Shown piece after piece: positions 61,957 to 64,000 of a stretch of DNA of 64,000 bases (position 1 is the stretch's first letter; every line of letters begins with the position of its first letter). Origin of the DNA: Candidatus Rifleibacterium amylolyticum (lineage in GTDB: Bacteria; Muiribacteriota; Ozemobacteria; Ozemobacterales; Ozemobacteraceae); NCBI GenBank assembly GCA_009917695.1, contig JAACJG010000007.1, positions 101,750 through 165,749 of the forward strand. Direction: 5' to 3'. The notes beneath the pieces are model-generated. The model was not told where the DNA came from and did not search any database. It saw only the letters and a list, made by a program, of their open reading frames with translations. The position numbers were made by a program, and so were the translations under genes.

Positions 61957-62754
61957 TCAGTCAATGAGGCCGGCAGCATGGCTGTAATTCAGCACCGGCC
62001 CATCTACACACACATAGGTATAATCGATCTTGCAATGACCGCATTTACCAAGTCCACATGACATAAGGCGTTCAAACGAGACCCAGATGCGTTCGGACGG
62101 CACCTTGAGCAATCTGAACTCTGCCGTAGCGAACTTCATCATGACCGGCGGCCCGACGACGACAACCTGCAGATCGTCGAAATCAGTGAACTGCATCTTT
62201 TTGATATGTTCGGTTACCAGACCAGTTTCACCATTCCAGCCCTCTTCTGGCTTATCGATCGTCAGCACCAGCCGGCTCTTTTCTTTCCAGGCGGCAAGAT
62301 CGTCAGAAAACAGAATGCTGCTGCGATTCTTGAAACCGACGATCAGATCAAGGCTCTTTACCGGCAATTCGCCGCGTACAACGCGGTCAATCAGAGGGCG
62401 AACCGGCGCGACACCCGAACCGCCGGCGACGATCACCAGGCGCTGCTGCCTGAAACGGTCGATCGGAAACCCGGTGCCATAAGGACCTCTGATAAAGAGA
62501 TTGTCACCGGGCCGCAGGCCCTGAACGGCATTGGTCAACCTGCCGACGGCACGGATCGTGAACTCTATCCAGTCAGGGCCGCAGTTGCTCACCGAGATCG
62601 GCGCTTCACCAATTCGTGGCAGAGAGACCTGAAAGAACTGCCCCGGCGTAATTGCGCGCTCAGCCGCTACGGTCAGCGTAAATTCGCAGTCGGTTTCCTG
62701 ACGCAGGCCGATGATTTTTACCGGCGAAGGCAGATATGGATTTCTGTCGCTCAT
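61957..62754 (-). CDS. asrB: Anaerobic sulfite reductase subunit B (FAD/NAD-binding, [2Fe-2S])
   Basis: Start at MSDRNPYLPSP, with a 1-nt overlap with the asrA stop. Contains PGQFFQVSLPRIGEAPIS, GGSGVAP and the C-terminal CGLGKCGHCKI. Confidence 0.85.
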   Translation of the reverse strand: MSDRNPYLPSPVKIIGLRQETDCEFTLTVAAERAITPGQFFQVSLPRIGEAPISVSNCGPDWIEFTIRAVGRLTNAVQGLRPGDNLFIRGPYGTGFPIDRFRQQRLVIVAGGSGVAPVRPLIDRVVRGELPVKSLDLIVGFKNRSSILFSDDLAAWKEKSRLVLTIDKPEEGWNGETGLVTEHIKKMQFTDFDDLQVVVVGPPVMMKFATAEFRLLKVPSERIWVSFERLMSCGLGKCGHCKIDYTYVCVDGPVLNYSHAAGLID

Positions 62755-63776
62755 CACAGGCCTCCCTTCAGTTTGGCGCTGAGCTTGTTGATGCAATTCG
62801 AGAACGAGATGTATTCGGGGCAGACATCGTCGCAACGGCCGCAGCCGACGCACATGTCAACGCCAAAGCGCTTTCTGAAATCATAAATTTTATGAAAAGT
62901 CTTGAAACGCATGCGCTCACCCTTGTCCTTGCGAAAAGTGTGGCCACCCGCCATGTCACAGAAGCCATCGAGGTGACAGCCGTCCCAGACCCGCCGTCTC
63001 TCGCCACACTGCCTGCTGTCGCCGTAAAATAGATCGGTGGTGGTAAAACAGCTGCAGGTGACACAGGAAGTATTGCAACGCCCGCAGGCAATGCAGCGGC
63101 TGTCGTATTCATCCCAGAATTTGTCGTTAAAGATTTCTGGTGGCATGGTTTCTTCGGTTGGCAGCTCGACTCTGACCGGGTTTTCGCTGACGAATTCAGG
63201 CTTGAATTCGGCCTTTTCACCGGCCCGGGCAAATAGATCGACAAACTTTTGCCCACACACTTCGACCTGAACTGAGTTTTCTTCAAAACGCAGGGCGACT
63301 TCATAGTCTGAAGTGCGGTTGGCCTGCATCGAGACGCAAAAGCAGTTTTCGAAAGATTCTCGACACTCGATCATAAAATAATGCAGCCGCTCGCGGCGCC
63401 GCTTGTAATAAGGGTCTACCACTCCAGCATTTTCGAGGAACATGCGGTCGAGCCTGTCGATACCATTGATATCACATGGCCGCAGAAAAACGATGATTTC
63501 GTGATCGTCGGGCAGAGTTGCTTCGGTAAACTGCTGACCGTTGAAATAAAATAAAGTTTCGTCCGGCGGAAAAACCAGTTCTTTTGGCGAAAACCAGCTT
63601 TTCTCGTGCAGTTCAAGCTCATCAGCTGACTTCAAAAAAGCGTAGCGCACCAGATCTGTGCCGGAAAAGCGCCCGGCACCAGCAATGCGTTTCGGCCCGG
63701 CCAGCAGATATGCAGTGCTCAGCTGCTCGAACAACTGCGCAAATTGTTCGGCTGAGAGTCTGAACGATTCGCTCAT
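62754..63776 (-). CDS. asrA: Anaerobic sulfite reductase subunit A ([4Fe-4S])
   Basis: 340-aa ORF with CIACGRCNTSCVTCSCF and CVGCGRCDDVCPEYISF. Its position upstream of asrBC fits. Confidence 0.85.
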   Translation of the reverse strand: MSESFRLSAEQFAQLFEQLSTAYLLAGPKRIAGAGRFSGTDLVRYAFLKSADELELHEKSWFSPKELVFPPDETLFYFNGQQFTEATLPDDHEIIVFLRPCDINGIDRLDRMFLENAGVVDPYYKRRRERLHYFMIECRESFENCFCVSMQANRTSDYEVALRFEENSVQVEVCGQKFVDLFARAGEKAEFKPEFVSENPVRVELPTEETMPPEIFNDKFWDEYDSRCIACGRCNTSCVTCSCFTTTDLFYGDSRQCGERRRVWDGCHLDGFCDMAGGHTFRKDKGERMRFKTFHKIYDFRKRFGVDMCVGCGRCDDVCPEYISFSNCINKLSAKLKGGL

Positions 63777-64000
63777 CGGGCGCCTCCCTGGTTACGCCAG
63801 CTGCGGAGCGTGTCACTGAGCATTCTGAAATGAGTGACTTCTTCCTGAATGATTCTATCGACAGCACCGGCTGCCATTTTTTCCTGCATGATTTCCTTGA
63901 CCGCGGTGTAGAAAAACACCGAATTCTTCTCGATCTGCATGGCCTTTTCGAGGATCGTTTCGTAGCCGTCGCCTTCTCCGATCTGGCAGTCTCGCGTGAT
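63773..64000 (-). CDS. Rubrerythrin/ferritin-like protein, C-terminal fragment (start beyond window end)
   Basis: Not in the track. The reverse-strand translation reads ...DGYETILEKAMQIEKNSVFFYTAVKEIMQEKMAAGAVDRIIQEEVTHFRMLSDTLRSWRNQGGAR*. The ExxH motif is in QEEVTH. The stop overlaps the asrA ATG (ATGA). Confidence 0.5.
   Translation of the reverse strand: MTRDCQIGEGDGYETILEKAMQIEKNSVFFYTAVKEIMQEKMAAGAVDRIIQEEVTHFRMLSDTLRSWRNQGGAR

Noticed and set aside
60977-63304. Long ORFs opposite or overlapping asrC, asrB and asrA (60977..61942 +, 62087..62482 +, 62206..62886 +, and 62768..63304 in an alternative frame on the minus strand)
   Set aside because: The asr reading frames carry the diagnostic Fe-S and siroheme-domain motifs. 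The overlapping frames have no recognisable motifs. These are shadow ORFs.

Overview
This is a 64-kb chromosomal window from a diderm bacterium that is probably anaerobic or facultative. GC is about 50%, Shine-Dalgarno sites are strong, and the phylum cannot be determined from sequence alone. I support about 55 protein genes. I found no rRNA, tRNA, CRISPR array, transposase, integrase or phage genes.

Main blocks, in order:
1. 1-10.7 kb, minus strand: a photolyase fragment, then an MscK-type channel, then a hyf/hyc-like seven-gene membrane complex. Its NuoD/HycE-type subunit has none of the [NiFe] cysteine ligands, so it is an Ehr-type complex rather than a true hydrogenase.
2. 11-16.5 kb, plus strand: a secreted lipase-like hydrolase overlapping phaR, then a four-gene secreted module. 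That module holds an HExxH peptidase, a C39-like Cys peptidase with a glycine-zipper tail, and a small membrane protein.
3. 16.9-24.9 kb: two small bitopic proteins translationally coupled to a giant 2,286-aa multi-beta-sandwich surface protein.
4. 25.5-30.8 kb: a PHA operon with phasin-like, phaB, phaC, mini-phaE, a second phaC and phaA. It is embedded in unusually long intergenic regions built from a mosaic repeat family, including a 2.7-copy tandem array.
5. 31.6-37.5 kb: MarR and AzoR genes, a CHASE2-PP2C sensor split by one in-frame TAG, a FecR-like gene, and an SBP-PAS sensor with a Cys4 C-terminal module.
6. 37.7-45.5 kb: a rubrerythrin-like gene, an RND/MFP/OMF efflux operon with a small P-II-like gene, and a split ChrA pair.
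7. 46.5-50.7 kb: a Tim44-like/zinc-ribbon/TerB membrane protein and several small Cys-rich or ferritin-like genes.
8. 50.7-58.3 kb, minus strand: a six-gene operon. It combines two prepilin-type proteins and a 691-aa TadG-like beta-helix protein with a propeller protein, an SH3b-CHAP amidase and an 828-aa HEAT-like membrane protein. No pilus or T2SS motor is in the window.
9. 58.5-64 kb: creD, an FNT channel, asrCBA and a ferritin-like fragment.

All functional calls come from reading motifs in the supplied translations. No database search was run.
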